Shown: positions 31,839-42,693, counted from the first letter of the stretch. The stretch is 64,000 bases of DNA from Promethearchaeota archaeon (GCA_016840085.1 JAEOTA010000058.1:1-64000), one strand, 5' to 3'. The notes: a model not told the origin generated them from the sequence alone. Translations and numbers: made by a program.

Positions 31839-32843
31839 CTAATCTAATCGCAAGAAAGTATAGAATAGCACAAATATATATAATACAGCTGAAATAACCA
31901 AACTCCAGACTTTTAAAAATTCAGAGATTACCCCCGTAGAGAAAAGCACATTAGATCCTATGAATACTACTGCTATAATGTATCCTACAAAATGGCTTTT
32001 AAAGCCACGATATTTTGATTTACCACGAAAAAAGTTAACAACTGAAGTGATTATTATAATGATAAAACCTAATATATAGAAAAACTCAATTACTCCAAAT
32101 TGATAAAGATCTAAAATTAAAAAAAATCCAAAAAGAAATAATTCTAATATTCTAACATTCCAATAACTCCTCTTTTCAGTTGGTTCAGCAAAAATTTGCT
32201 CATATTCGCTTATACCTGAGTTATAGACCAAGATTATTAAAGAACCGATAGCTAACGCTGTGAATAAAGAGTAAGAAACTGAAAAAAGTAAATCTAGATA
32301 TTCTAACCATATATCATTCCATAAAAAATCTGCTAAAATAAAATATTTAGGTAACACGACAACTGAGCAGAAAATTGGAAGTAGCGCAAATAACCCCATC
32401 ATGACCCATGTTGTTACTGCTATTTTTGTATCGTCTTCCCACCTTTTTTTCTTGAATGTGGTTAATCTCCACGCAAATGAAGCAAAACTCAAAATGGCAA
32501 CTACGGGTGTAATCAGAGGAAAAATAAAGATAAAAAGAATGTATACCGCATTGATACCATAAAAAAATTTCAACCTAGAAGGAACTACACTTATCTTTTT
32601 ATCAAAATCATCTAATGTGTTTGAAAAACGTTCAGCGAATAAAATTAAAAAAAACACCCATGAAACACTAAAAACTATAGGACATATAATATTCATAATT
32701 AAAATTTCAAGTTTTTGATCATTTGAAAACCATAAATCAAAACCAGCGAAATTATATATTAAAAAAATAGCTATAGGTACTAAAATGATAGAAAATAATA
32801 CAATCAAGCGACTTAATAAAATTCCTTTTATTTCTTTGGACAT
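31839..32843 (-). CDS. Hypothetical polytopic membrane protein (about 9-10 TM)
   Basis: Long hydrophobic ORF; no family recognised. Confidence 0.75.
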   Translation of the reverse strand: MSKEIKGILLSRLIVLFSIILVPIAIFLIYNFAGFDLWFSNDQKLEILIMNIICPIVFSVSWVFFLILFAERFSNTLDDFDKKISVVPSRLKFFYGINAVYILFIFIFPLITPVVAILSFASFAWRLTTFKKKRWEDDTKIAVTTWVMMGLFALLPIFCSVVVLPKYFILADFLWNDIWLEYLDLLFSVSYSLFTALAIGSLIILVYNSGISEYEQIFAEPTEKRSYWNVRILELFLFGFFLILDLYQFGVIEFFYILGFIIIIITSVVNFFRGKSKYRGFKSHFVGYIIAVVFIGSNVLFSTGVISEFLKVWSLVISAVLYIFVLFYTFLRLD

Positions 32844-33000
32844 GATTACTATAAATAATGATTTCTAGTGATGGTTAATAATGATTTCTATTTATAATAA
32901 TTAATAATGATTTCTATTTATGATGAAGTTATTCTTATTACATAACATTTGAAAAATATAATTATGAAAAATAAATAAAGTAGATTTAAAATTTTATTTT

Positions 33001-33771
33001 TTAAGTTCTTTTAGCTCCACAATTCAGGCAAAACATATCATCTGCTTTAAGTTTAGCTCCACAATTACTACAAAAAACATCCATCGAAGTAGCGGGAGCA
33101 GTAGTTTCTATCTCCTGTGATGGAGGGAACATTTCAGTAGGTGCTTCTTCTTCTTTAGTTTTAACTCTTTTGATTTTCTTTTTTTTCCCTCCCTCAGGTT
33201 TATACTTTAAACTACCTACAAATCCGCCAAATACTGCTCCAACTAAACATCCTTCTAAGATTGCTGTAAGAACCGCAAGAATATACGGTAAATCTGTTAA
33301 TCCTGATATGATACCATCTAATATTGCTGGTCCAAATGGTACTAATGCAACTAATATAAAATATATAATAGATAAAGGAATAACATATCCAATTCCAATA
33401 GCAAGACTTGTATGGATACCACCTCGAGGTGAGTGAGCAAAAAGACCACTGGTAATAGCACAGCACAAAATCCATGGAACTGTTACAGCTATAACCAATA
33501 AAGCATCATCAGGTCGATAAAAAATACACCAGTGAATAGGAAATAGAAATATTAAAGCAAGTCCTATGAATGCACCCGCTATTATTTCTATAAATGTGCC
33601 AGCACCTCCACCTATGAATCCTGTTATAGCACTCAGAGCATCTTCTAAATTTTCAATTAATCCCCCCGTAATAAGACTTGTTAAATTCAAAAATCTAAAA
33701 GAAATCCACGCCATAGGAATTAAACATAACATCCCTGCGCATCCTGACCCAATTACTCGTTTCCATCCCAA
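33001..33771 (-). CDS. Membrane protein with C-terminal zinc ribbon
   Basis: Gly-rich TM helices, Lys-rich linker, 'FCSNCG...FCLNCG'. Confidence 0.8.
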   Translation of the reverse strand: MGWKRVIGSGCAGMLCLIPMAWISFRFLNLTSLITGGLIENLEDALSAITGFIGGGAGTFIEIIAGAFIGLALIFLFPIHWCIFYRPDDALLVIAVTVPWILCCAITSGLFAHSPRGGIHTSLAIGIGYVIPLSIIYFILVALVPFGPAILDGIISGLTDLPYILAVLTAILEGCLVGAVFGGFVGSLKYKPEGGKKKKIKRVKTKEEEAPTEMFPPSQEIETTAPATSMDVFCSNCGAKLKADDMFCLNCGAKRT

Positions 33772-34015
33772 TTTGCATCCCTCTAATATTCCATAGAATT
33801 TAACTTCATATTAATTTTTTAAATATCTATTAGTATTTCAAAAGCTCTTTACCTATTTATAATTATGTCTCAAACAAAAACTAATATTTATAAAAATAGG
33901 ATTTCCATCGTTAAGGTTAAAATTATTATAAATTCCTTATATTATTTATGGAAAAATAGGAAAAACAATAAAAAAATAATATTAAAAAATTGATGTAAAA
34001 TTAAGGTTAATGAAT

Positions 34016-34726
34016 CTATTGTATTTTTGTAATTCTACCATTATCCATACGAATTGTTTTTGTTCCATATTTAGATAAATCTCTATGAGTTACAACAATA
34101 ACAGTAGTCTCCATCTCTTTATTTATTTTTGTCAATAGGTCCATAATTTCCTTTTCGGAGGTTGGGTCCAAATCACCACTAGGTTCATCTGCTAAAATTA
34201 CCCTTGGACGATGGATGATTGCTCTAGCGATTGCACATCTTTGTTGTTCTCCGCCAGACATTTGAACAGGATAATGGTCTTTTCTAGCAAGTAGATTTAC
34301 ATCTCTTAAAGCAGTAATACCTCTGTTTTCAATTTCTTTTTGTCGTAATACAGTTGGCCATAAAACTGCTTCTACATTCTCAATTGCAGTCAAAGTATTA
34401 ACTAGATTAAAATCTTGAAATACAAATCCAATTTTTTGACGTCTAAGTCTGCTTAATCTGTCTTCTGTTGCTCTAGCGATATTTTCTCCATCAAATATGA
34501 TTCTACCAGAATCTGGTAAGTCTAAACCCGATAAAACATTAAGAAGTGTAGATTTACCGCACCCTGTAGGACCTTGAATAATAACAAATTCTCCTGATTT
34601 AATTTTTAAATTAACATCTGCTAAAGCTCGAATAATTGCTCCAGCTCTTCTATATTCCTTATTTACGTCAATTGCGTCAATCATAATATTTTTTTCTGAC
34701 ATTTTTTTTAATCCCTCTTTACTCAC
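34016..34726 (-). CDS. ABC ATP-binding protein, LolD/MacB/FtsE type
   Basis: GPTGCGKS, 'IGFVFQ.FNL', MSGGEQQR, 'ILADEP.G.LD', VTH. Confidence 0.95.
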   Translation of the reverse strand: MSKEGLKKMSEKNIMIDAIDVNKEYRRAGAIIRALADVNLKIKSGEFVIIQGPTGCGKSTLLNVLSGLDLPDSGRIIFDGENIARATEDRLSRLRRQKIGFVFQDFNLVNTLTAIENVEAVLWPTVLRQKEIENRGITALRDVNLLARKDHYPVQMSGGEQQRCAIARAIIHRPRVILADEPSGDLDPTSEKEIMDLLTKINKEMETTVIVVTHRDLSKYGTKTIRMDNGRITKIQ

Positions 34727-35261
34727 CTACTTTTTTAAGTGCAATAATTGGTCTTACTTTCAGTACTTTCCTATATGCTACAATAAATGCGAGTATTTGA
34801 ACTACAATAAATAACGCACTTGTAATTATAACTGGAAGTAATCCAACTAGGATTTCATTAATATTTAGTAAAAAATCAGCTGAGTGTAAATAAGCTAGAG
34901 CCGCAGTATAATGAAACAATACTTCAATTACAACGAAAAAACCTATAAAAGTAGTAAATAAGATCATCCCTGATACAAGAGCCAAAATATTTTTATTAGT
35001 GTAACCTATACATTTGAACGTTGCCCATACACGTCTTTTTCTGGAAACTAGAATCCATGCATAAAGTAATGAAAGAAATAAAGAAGTACCAAAGAAAATA
35101 GCAAGGAAGTATTCTGCTCCCACTAGCTCTCCATTAACTGCTAATTCCCAGAAGAGACTCGTTAAGAATATTAATATCGTATATATAAGTGTAAATATTG
35201 TAAAAACTTTCTTTTCTCGTAATGATAAAAGAATCGCCTTTCTCCACATTCTTAAAGCCAA
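34719..35261 (-). CDS. Minimal FtsX-like (type VII ABC) permease
   Basis: 'RKRRVWATFKCIGY' corresponds to the FtsX/MacB coupling motif; C-term 'KVRPIIALK'; overlaps ATPase start. Confidence 0.75.
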   Translation of the reverse strand: MALRMWRKAILLSLREKKVFTIFTLIYTILIFLTSLFWELAVNGELVGAEYFLAIFFGTSLFLSLLYAWILVSRKRRVWATFKCIGYTNKNILALVSGMILFTTFIGFFVVIEVLFHYTAALAYLHSADFLLNINEILVGLLPVIITSALFIVVQILAFIVAYRKVLKVRPIIALKKVGE

Positions 35262-35369
35262 ATATCTTCACCGTGATTTTTTCATTATTTATTTTTAAAT
35301 TATATTTAAATTTATAATTGATTTTATTTATTTTATTATAACAATTTAATAATAAATAATTTGGTCATA

Positions 35370-35774
35370 ATGTCTGCTAATATTGAGAATATTATTGATG
35401 AGTTATTGAATGAAGAACAGAACATTTTTGGTATAGCAATTATAAGTAAAAGTGGTGATTTACTCACTCAAACTGAAAATTGGAATTTAACTAATAATCT
35501 TAGCCAAATCAATGAGCTTCTTAACCAGAAGTTGGAACTTGGTGAAAAGGGAATCACAAGTATCACAATTCAAGGAATTAAGTATATGATCGTTGAAAAT
35601 ACAGAAGAAAGAAAAATTGGTACTAATATAACGGGTCAAGGGCATTTAATTATTTGCCCGATTCCGATTGGCGGAACAGGAGCACTTGTATGTTACATAA
35701 ATCCAAGGATAGGACCGAGGGATGCACTTTTCAATGTGCAAGAATATGCTAAGAAATTAAATGATTTAGTATAA
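35370..35774 (+). CDS. Profilin (Lokiarchaeal type)
   Basis: 'GIAII...G.LLTQTENW', 'KGITSITIQGIKYMIVENTEERKIGTNITG.GH..ICPIPIGG.GAL..Y.NPR.GPRD.LFNVQEYAKKL' closely match Loki profilin as I recall it. Confidence 0.92.
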   Translation: MSANIENIIDELLNEEQNIFGIAIISKSGDLLTQTENWNLTNNLSQINELLNQKLELGEKGITSITIQGIKYMIVENTEERKIGTNITGQGHLIICPIPIGGTGALVCYINPRIGPRDALFNVQEYAKKLNDLV

Positions 35775-35791
35775 ATCTTTTTATAATTCCT

Positions 35792-36907
35792 TTAAATAAA
35801 ACTCCAGTGATCTGATAAAAGCTTTTTCAATGCAGATTTAATTTTTTTTATATCATGTTTTTTTGAATTATTTGAGAATTGTAGGTTTTCAAAGGACGGA
35901 GGTCTATAACTTTCCTTTAATAAAGCTTTAAAAACAGAATAAATACAAACCGGTAAACCAATTAGGCTATACCCTCCCTCAAGAATATAGACTAATTTTC
36001 CTTCGCATATCTCTTCAGCAATTCTTAATATAATTTCAGAGAACCGATAATATGACACTGACGTTAATAGACAATTTCCTATAGGATCATCAAAATACAT
36101 ATCAAATCCGGCAGCAATAATGATTAGATCTGGCTGAAATTCTTTCAAAAGGGGGTCAACTATTTCTATAAACTCTAGAAATTCTTGATCTGATGTGTTC
36201 ATGGGGAGTGGAAAGTTAACATTTCTACCAAGGCCCTCTCCTGCTCCCAATTCATTAATAAACCCAATATCTCCTTCAACAAAATCAAATTCATGAATAG
36301 AAAAATATAATACATTAGGATCCTCATAGAAATATTGAGCAAGCCCATCTCCAAAATGAGCATCTATGTCAATTATAGCAATTTTTTTATTATATTGGAG
36401 TTTTTCCCGAAGATATATTATAGAGTTTGCTATGTTATTAAAGATACAAAGTCCTGAAGCTTTTTCTCGCAAGGCATGATGACCAGGAGGTCTTATAAGT
36501 GCAAAAGCTTGATTTACTTCATTTTTAATCACACTTTCGATTGATTTGATTGCTCCTCCGACTGCTTTTTTAGCCAATTCAAAAGTATCTTCAGTAATAA
36601 ATACTTCTTCACCTAACAATCCATTTCCTCTATTTGAGAGATTTCTGATTGAGTCTATATGATATTTAGTATGTGCTAAACGAATTATTTCTTCTTCCAC
36701 TTTCATAGGCTCAATCTTGACAATTCTCTCATTTTCAAACACTGCTTTTTCTTTTAAATAACTTAAAATTGATTTTATCCTTAAAGGGGTCTCATAGGAG
36801 AGAAATATGGGATATGGATAAGGTGGCATGTTTTTAGTGGCAAAATCATCATCAACAATTATTCCAATTTTATTATTTCTTCTCATCTTAAAATCATCAA
36901 AAGTCAA
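35792..36907 (-). CDS. Histone deacetylase family protein (class II-like)
   Basis: 'RPPGHHA', 'G.CIFNN', 'DIDAH.GDG', 'GFD', 'LEGGY'. Confidence 0.92.
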   Translation of the reverse strand: MTFDDFKMRRNNKIGIIVDDDFATKNMPPYPYPIFLSYETPLRIKSILSYLKEKAVFENERIVKIEPMKVEEEIIRLAHTKYHIDSIRNLSNRGNGLLGEEVFITEDTFELAKKAVGGAIKSIESVIKNEVNQAFALIRPPGHHALREKASGLCIFNNIANSIIYLREKLQYNKKIAIIDIDAHFGDGLAQYFYEDPNVLYFSIHEFDFVEGDIGFINELGAGEGLGRNVNFPLPMNTSDQEFLEFIEIVDPLLKEFQPDLIIIAAGFDMYFDDPIGNCLLTSVSYYRFSEIILRIAEEICEGKLVYILEGGYSLIGLPVCIYSVFKALLKESYRPPSFENLQFSNNSKKHDIKKIKSALKKLLSDHWSFI

Positions 36908-36983
36908 AAATACCTAAATTATTATAATAACATTGACATACATTTATTTTAAATAAATTTGAATTTTAATACTCAAGAAAAAT

Positions 36984-39209
36984 GTGATTATAATGGAAGC
37001 TATAGAAAGTTTCTTTATGATATTTTTAAATGCACTGCCTATTATAGTTCTAATTATTCCCTTATTCTTCATATGGAAAAAAACTATAGGTAAATTGTAT
37101 TTTAGAGTAGCCCTAGGAATTGTAGTATTTTATTTGATTTATTGGGTCCTCCCAATAATTTTTCAGATAGGTGACACTCCTAATGAATTAGTGACATCAC
37201 CATCAGAAGAAGGGGATATTGTGTGTGGGATCGGCTATATTTTCGCACATTTTGGCTCACTTATAGCACAATTTTTTTCCTACCCAATAATAACATTACC
37301 ATTTATCTTTTTTATTGCTCCATTCATTTCTTTAATCTTCTTTTGGAACCGATTAAGGAAGGAAGAAGGAACATTAATTTCAAATTTAGAACAAGTAAGT
37401 TATGAAATAAAAGAAAGTCCATTAGAAAGAGCTAAAAATGGATTGATTAGAAACAACTGGTCCCGAGAAAAAGAAATTCTGAAATTAATGATAGTTCTGT
37501 TGCCTATTTCTCTCTACCTTTTACAAGTCATACTTGAAATTTCTAATTTACAAAACGAATCATTAACTACTGGTGAAACTGCTTTAGGATGGTTTTTAGA
37601 AATACTCTTTGTATATATAGCAATCTTCATTTTTAGCATTGAATTATTATTTTCAAGTCAAATTGCTTTAAAGGGTAGATTTTTTGGTGAACAAATTAGA
37701 GATCAAATCTACAAAAGTTTATATACAATTGGAGCACCAATGTCAATCTTTTCTATTATTCTATTTGCCATCCATTATGAAGCATCAATTGTAATAATTA
37801 TCTACTTTTTCGCTTATTTCATAATGGCATCTATAATATTTATTTTATTCCTTGATATCTTTGAACCTATCTCGATTTTAATCTTCATCAAGATGATTAA
37901 TTGGTGGAAAAATAGAAAGAAAAATAAAATTAATACCCAGAATTTTTATTATATATTAATCTTTGGTGCGTTGGGGCTGGTAGTTTACTTTATATCAAAT
38001 TTAATATTAACCAATTTTGTCTATACTCCACTTTTTGGAGGACCTGGTTCTTTAGAAGAAACAAGAATCTATACAGCAGGAGAATATACCACAAATAATC
38101 CAGAATTTTCTCATGTTTTACAATTTGATTTATTAATAATTTATGGAATTTTAATAACTGAAATAATCCCTGCCATCATTCTAACCATATTTTTGGTTTA
38201 TGGGTTAAAATTCTTGAAGAGTATAGGAGTAGGTATAATAGTTTATCTTCCTGTAGTAATAACACTTTCCATTCTTATTGTCATTGGTAGCGGGGATATT
38301 TATTGGTTAACAGGACAAACTAGTTATACTAGAGTTTTTGGATTTGATTTCTATACTTTAAGAACTGCGAGTTTACAAGCAAATCTACCAGATTTATTAA
38401 ACATATTAGCAACACCTTATTTATACACACGTTATATCTTTAACATTATACTATGGAGTTTGTTAATTTATTATTTTAGAAAAGAATTCAGAATCAAAAA
38501 TATCCCTATAGGTGAAGAACGTATCGAAAAAATAGTTTTTTCTAATGTTAGCGATTTTCTTTCTTATGATGCTTACACTGAAAATAAAGAAGACTATTTA
38601 GTTTCTAAGAAAGAAGATGTTGTTACAAAATACATAGATCAAGAACGGGAAGAAATAAAAACCATAATAAATAAAATTGAAAATGATAGATCATTAGAAG
38701 AAATTAAACCAGTTGATGATAATGAGAAAAAGCGATTCTATTTTACTTTAAGATATCTTTATCAAAATAACTTCATTACAATCTGGAAGCCAGAATTAAG
38801 CTATATTTATGAACGTGTTGAAAAACAAGGACTTTATATAATATACGATGATGGGCGAGGAGTTTATAATTATACTTTTCAAAAAGATGTTGATCAAGAT
38901 CCTGGTTTAGTGTCTGGAATGTTTTCTGCTATTACTTCATTTGTAAAAGAAATGACTAAGTCTACTGAAGCTTTGAAAAAAATAGACCATGGAGACATTA
39001 CAATTCTTTTAGAGTATGGTAATAAAATATTCGGAGCTCTCTTTATAAAAGGGACTCAAAGTTCAGAAGTACGATCACCCTTAAAAGAATTAGTTAGCAA
39101 ATTTGAAGCACAATATTCAGATATATTAAAAGACTGGACCGGATCACTCGATCACTTTAAAAAAGATGTTAACGATAAACTAGTAGAAGATGTTTTTAAA
39201 GAAGAATAA
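36984..39209 (+). CDS. Polytopic membrane protein with C-terminal wHTH-like and longin-like domains
   Basis: About 11-12 TM helices, then 'GLYIIYDDGR...DPGLVSGMFSAITSFVKEM...LKKIDHGDITILLEYG..IFGALF...FEAQY..ILKDWTG'. Confidence 0.75.
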   Translation: MIIMEAIESFFMIFLNALPIIVLIIPLFFIWKKTIGKLYFRVALGIVVFYLIYWVLPIIFQIGDTPNELVTSPSEEGDIVCGIGYIFAHFGSLIAQFFSYPIITLPFIFFIAPFISLIFFWNRLRKEEGTLISNLEQVSYEIKESPLERAKNGLIRNNWSREKEILKLMIVLLPISLYLLQVILEISNLQNESLTTGETALGWFLEILFVYIAIFIFSIELLFSSQIALKGRFFGEQIRDQIYKSLYTIGAPMSIFSIILFAIHYEASIVIIIYFFAYFIMASIIFILFLDIFEPISILIFIKMINWWKNRKKNKINTQNFYYILIFGALGLVVYFISNLILTNFVYTPLFGGPGSLEETRIYTAGEYTTNNPEFSHVLQFDLLIIYGILITEIIPAIILTIFLVYGLKFLKSIGVGIIVYLPVVITLSILIVIGSGDIYWLTGQTSYTRVFGFDFYTLRTASLQANLPDLLNILATPYLYTRYIFNIILWSLLIYYFRKEFRIKNIPIGEERIEKIVFSNVSDFLSYDAYTENKEDYLVSKKEDVVTKYIDQEREEIKTIINKIENDRSLEEIKPVDDNEKKRFYFTLRYLYQNNFITIWKPELSYIYERVEKQGLYIIYDDGRGVYNYTFQKDVDQDPGLVSGMFSAITSFVKEMTKSTEALKKIDHGDITILLEYGNKIFGALFIKGTQSSEVRSPLKELVSKFEAQYSDILKDWTGSLDHFKKDVNDKLVEDVFKEE

Positions 39210-39245
39210 AAATTAGATTCCTCTTTTTTCCAAATTTTTTTTAGA

Positions 39246-39269
39246 ATTATTCAGGAATAGGAGCAACTG
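39246..39269. repeat. Direct repeat of the cyclase gene 3' end (att-like scar)
   Basis: ATTATTCAGGAATAGgaGCAACTG matches 46144-46167 ATTATTCAGGAATAGttGCAACTG at 22/24. Confidence 0.6.
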
Positions 39270-39326
39270 TTCACTTTATTATGTTTTTTTTATTAAATTT
39301 TTTTACATTATTTTTCATTTATTATT

Positions 39327-39794
39327 CTAATGCCTGAAAACAGATCTAATACGATCATCTATTTTTAATCTTAGATCTCCAAGAATCTCATCAATTTGAG
39401 GTATAAAATTTTTAAAGTATTTAGGTTTTTTCGAAAAAAAATCATTTATAGCATAGTGATTGAGAAACTCAGAATTTATTTCTTGTAAATGTTTTTTTAC
39501 AAAACTATGATTTGTACCCTTCTCAATAATGGCAAATGATAATAATGGCTCAGGTTCACTAGCTAGTTTACTTGGTAATTGAACCATTTTGTAATAACAG
39601 ACAATTTCAAAACTCGAGAGTGATATTACTTTAATTTTATCACCAAATACTTCGCTAATGAAATCTTTTAATCCAGCTAGAAATCTAGCACGTATGTTAG
39701 GATCTAATATCTTATCTGAAGATGAATAATACTTAATATCAACTAAATTTTTCAAACCGAGGTTAATTCCAACTTCTAAAACCGCCATACTCAA
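39327..39794 (-). CDS. Longin-like single-domain protein
   Basis: 'LDPNIRARFLAGLKDFISEVFGDKIKVISL' motif; resembles 15731..16195 in layout. Confidence 0.6.
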   Translation of the reverse strand: MSMAVLEVGINLGLKNLVDIKYYSSSDKILDPNIRARFLAGLKDFISEVFGDKIKVISLSSFEIVCYYKMVQLPSKLASEPEPLLSFAIIEKGTNHSFVKKHLQEINSEFLNHYAINDFFSKKPKYFKNFIPQIDEILGDLRLKIDDRIRSVFRH

Positions 39795-40044
39795 ACTTTT
39801 AAAATCTTTCCAATAATTTTAATATTAGACTTTTTAGTGGATCCATAAAAAATGCATATATAATTCATTTCTTCTGGATTTATGATAGGAATTGATAAAT
39901 CAAGAAATTTCAATTTATAACTTTATTATTTGATTAAGTTCTTAAAATTTTACGTAGACAATAGTTGAATAACTATTTATTTCAATCTAATGAATAGACT
40001 GATTTAAAAAATAAATAAAAAGGAAAAATTTAGGAAATATAATT

Positions 40045-42660
40045 TCAATCTTTCTTTATTTTTTTGCTTAAAAGGATTGATACAATGGATAGAATACCAA
40101 GTAGAATGAAAAGATTATATCCTGGAATTGCCCCATCTTTTTTTCGTTTTGGTTCTGGCTCTGGCTCTGGCTCAGGCTCAGGTTCAGTTTCTGGTTCAGG
40201 CTGGGGATCTGGACCATCATCCCAAATTGGAAACCTATCCTGACTTCCTGCTTTACCATCAATAATATATGGAGTATCTCCTATACCGTCATCATTAGCA
40301 TCGACACCACCATAATCATCCCAATAATTTCCTATCGTTCCATTATCCCAACGATTATTTGAACCATCATCATACGCATTGAGAGTATTATTAAAATAAT
40401 TAAGATAAATTGCATTCCAAGAACTACCCTCATCTAAATATATCCCTGAGTCTATATTATTATTAACGCTGTTTCCCGAAATGTCGTTAAATTCACTATT
40501 ATTTAAATATATCCCATAACCATTGTAGTTTACAATATTTTCCGAAATCTTTTTACAATCACTATAATATAAATATAAACCATATTCGTTATTATTTACT
40601 GTATTTCCTGAAACAATGTGATTATACCCCCTTAAATATATCCCATGTGTGTTGTAATTTGCGGTGTTTCCTAGAATGATATTATTATATCCCCCTAAAT
40701 TTATCCCACGTGTGTTGTAATTTACGGTGTTTCCTGTGATGGTATTCCAGTCACAATCATAATATAAATATATCCCCTGCGTGTTGTAATTTGCGATGTT
40801 TCCCGAAATGTTGTTATTATCAATATTTTCCCTTAAATATATCCCTACGTTAGTATTATTATTTACGGTGTTTCCCGTAATGGTATTCCACTCACAAGAA
40901 TACCGTAAATATATACCATATTCGTTATTATTTACGGTATTTCCTGAAATATTGTTATTATCACTGTAACCTAAATAAATACCTGAATATCTATTATTAT
41001 TTGCGGTATTTCCCGAAATGTTAGTATTAATACAATTATCTAAATGTATCCCTGAGTCGGTATTATTATTTACGGTGTTTCCCAAAATGATGGTATTATC
41101 TCCCCCTAAATATATACCATATTCGTTATTGTTCACTATATTTCCTGAAATGTTGTTAGTATTGCTATTTTCTAAATATATCCCTGAGTCTGTATTATTA
41201 TTTGCGGTATTTCCCAAAATGTTATTAGTATTACTATTATTTAAAAAAATCCCATTCCAATTGTAATTTGCGATATTTCCCGAAATGTCATTATTAATTC
41301 CCTCTAAATATATTCCATATGCGCTGTTATTATTAGCAATGTTTCCCGAAATGTTGTTATTATTACACCCAGAAAAGAAGTACATCCCATATTCGTTATT
41401 ATTTACTGAATTTCCCGAAATGTTGTTAATATTACTAGTACCTAAATATATCCCTGAGTCTGTATTATTATTTGCGGTATTTCCCGAAATGTCGTTATCA
41501 TTACACCCATAATGTAAGTATATCCCGGATTCTGTATTATTATTTGCGGTATTTCCCGAAATGGTGTTATTATCGCTATTACCTAAATATATCCCATTTT
41601 TGTTGTTATTTACGATATTTCCTGAAATGTTGGTAGTATGACTAGTACCTAAATATATCCCTGAGTCTATATTATTATTAACAGTGTTTCCCGAAACAAT
41701 GTTATGATCATTATTTCCCCCTAAATATATCCCACGTGTGTTGTAATTTGCGGTGTGTCCCGAAATGTCGTTATTATTATTATTTTGCATTAAATGTATC
41801 CCATTTTTGTTATTATTTACGATATTTCCTGAAATGTCGTTATTATTATTATTTTGAAATAAATATATCCCATAATCATTGTCATATGCGATGTTTCCCG
41901 AAATATTGTTATTATTACTATTCTCCCATAAAGTTATCCCATAACCATTGTCATATGCGATGTTTCCCGAAATGTTGTTAGAATCACTATGATATAAACA
42001 TATCCCACTCCCACTATTATTATTGGCAATATTCCCTGAAATTGTATTCGAATCGCAATTGTCCCGTAAATATATCCCCCTCCAGCTATAACTTACGTTA
42101 TTTCTTGAAATGATATTCCCATTGCAACTAACAAATAAGTGTATTCCAAAATTTATGTTATTACTAGCAATGTTTTCCGAAATGTTGTTATTATCACTGT
42201 TATATAAATATATCCCATTAGCAGAGTTTCCCGAACAATTGTTTCCTGTTAAAATTCCGTTAGTAGTGTTGTATAATCTTATTCCTTCTGCATAATTATA
42301 GACTGTGCAATTTCTAAGTGTAAAATATTCATTAGAATCTTCAATGCGTATACCAGAACCACTACCACCAATTATCGTAACATTTTCAATAATATAAACT
42401 CCATTATCAATATAACACCAATCAAAGTTTGAAGCAGTAAAAGACCAATTTTTATCAGGATCACTATCATCAATATGTATATTTGTTTCAATATAACCAC
42501 CCGTTGTTTTCGGACTTTTGAAATTAGTTTCATCTCGAAATTCTATAGGTCCCTCATTTTCCCCTTGAATATTAAAGATATTATAATTGTAGATACTCAA
42601 AAATACAAAAACTATCCCAAAAGTTATTATAATTATTTTTATTTTGCTTTTTTTTCTCAT
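40045..42660 (-). CDS. Right-handed beta-helix (NosD/CASH-like) surface protein, 28 repeats, (PE)n stalk, Loki-CTERM-type anchor
   Basis: Signal/TM N-term; repeats GI-x-L-x(3-6)-N-x-ISGN-x-x-N-x-N; 'GNYWDDY.GVDANDDGIGDTPY'; 'IPGYNLFILLG...KKIKK'. Confidence 0.9.
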   Translation of the reverse strand: MRKKSKIKIIIITFGIVFVFLSIYNYNIFNIQGENEGPIEFRDETNFKSPKTTGGYIETNIHIDDSDPDKNWSFTASNFDWCYIDNGVYIIENVTIIGGSGSGIRIEDSNEYFTLRNCTVYNYAEGIRLYNTTNGILTGNNCSGNSANGIYLYNSDNNNISENIASNNINFGIHLFVSCNGNIISRNNVSYSWRGIYLRDNCDSNTISGNIANNNSGSGICLYHSDSNNISGNIAYDNGYGITLWENSNNNNISGNIAYDNDYGIYLFQNNNNNDISGNIVNNNKNGIHLMQNNNNNDISGHTANYNTRGIYLGGNNDHNIVSGNTVNNNIDSGIYLGTSHTTNISGNIVNNNKNGIYLGNSDNNTISGNTANNNTESGIYLHYGCNDNDISGNTANNNTDSGIYLGTSNINNISGNSVNNNEYGMYFFSGCNNNNISGNIANNNSAYGIYLEGINNDISGNIANYNWNGIFLNNSNTNNILGNTANNNTDSGIYLENSNTNNISGNIVNNNEYGIYLGGDNTIILGNTVNNNTDSGIHLDNCINTNISGNTANNNRYSGIYLGYSDNNNISGNTVNNNEYGIYLRYSCEWNTITGNTVNNNTNVGIYLRENIDNNNISGNIANYNTQGIYLYYDCDWNTITGNTVNYNTRGINLGGYNNIILGNTANYNTHGIYLRGYNHIVSGNTVNNNEYGLYLYYSDCKKISENIVNYNGYGIYLNNSEFNDISGNSVNNNIDSGIYLDEGSSWNAIYLNYFNNTLNAYDDGSNNRWDNGTIGNYWDDYGGVDANDDGIGDTPYIIDGKAGSQDRFPIWDDGPDPQPEPETEPEPEPEPEPEPKRKKDGAIPGYNLFILLGILSIVSILLSKKIKKD

Positions 42661-42693
42661 TACATTTCACAGAAAAATTATCAGATTATGTAA

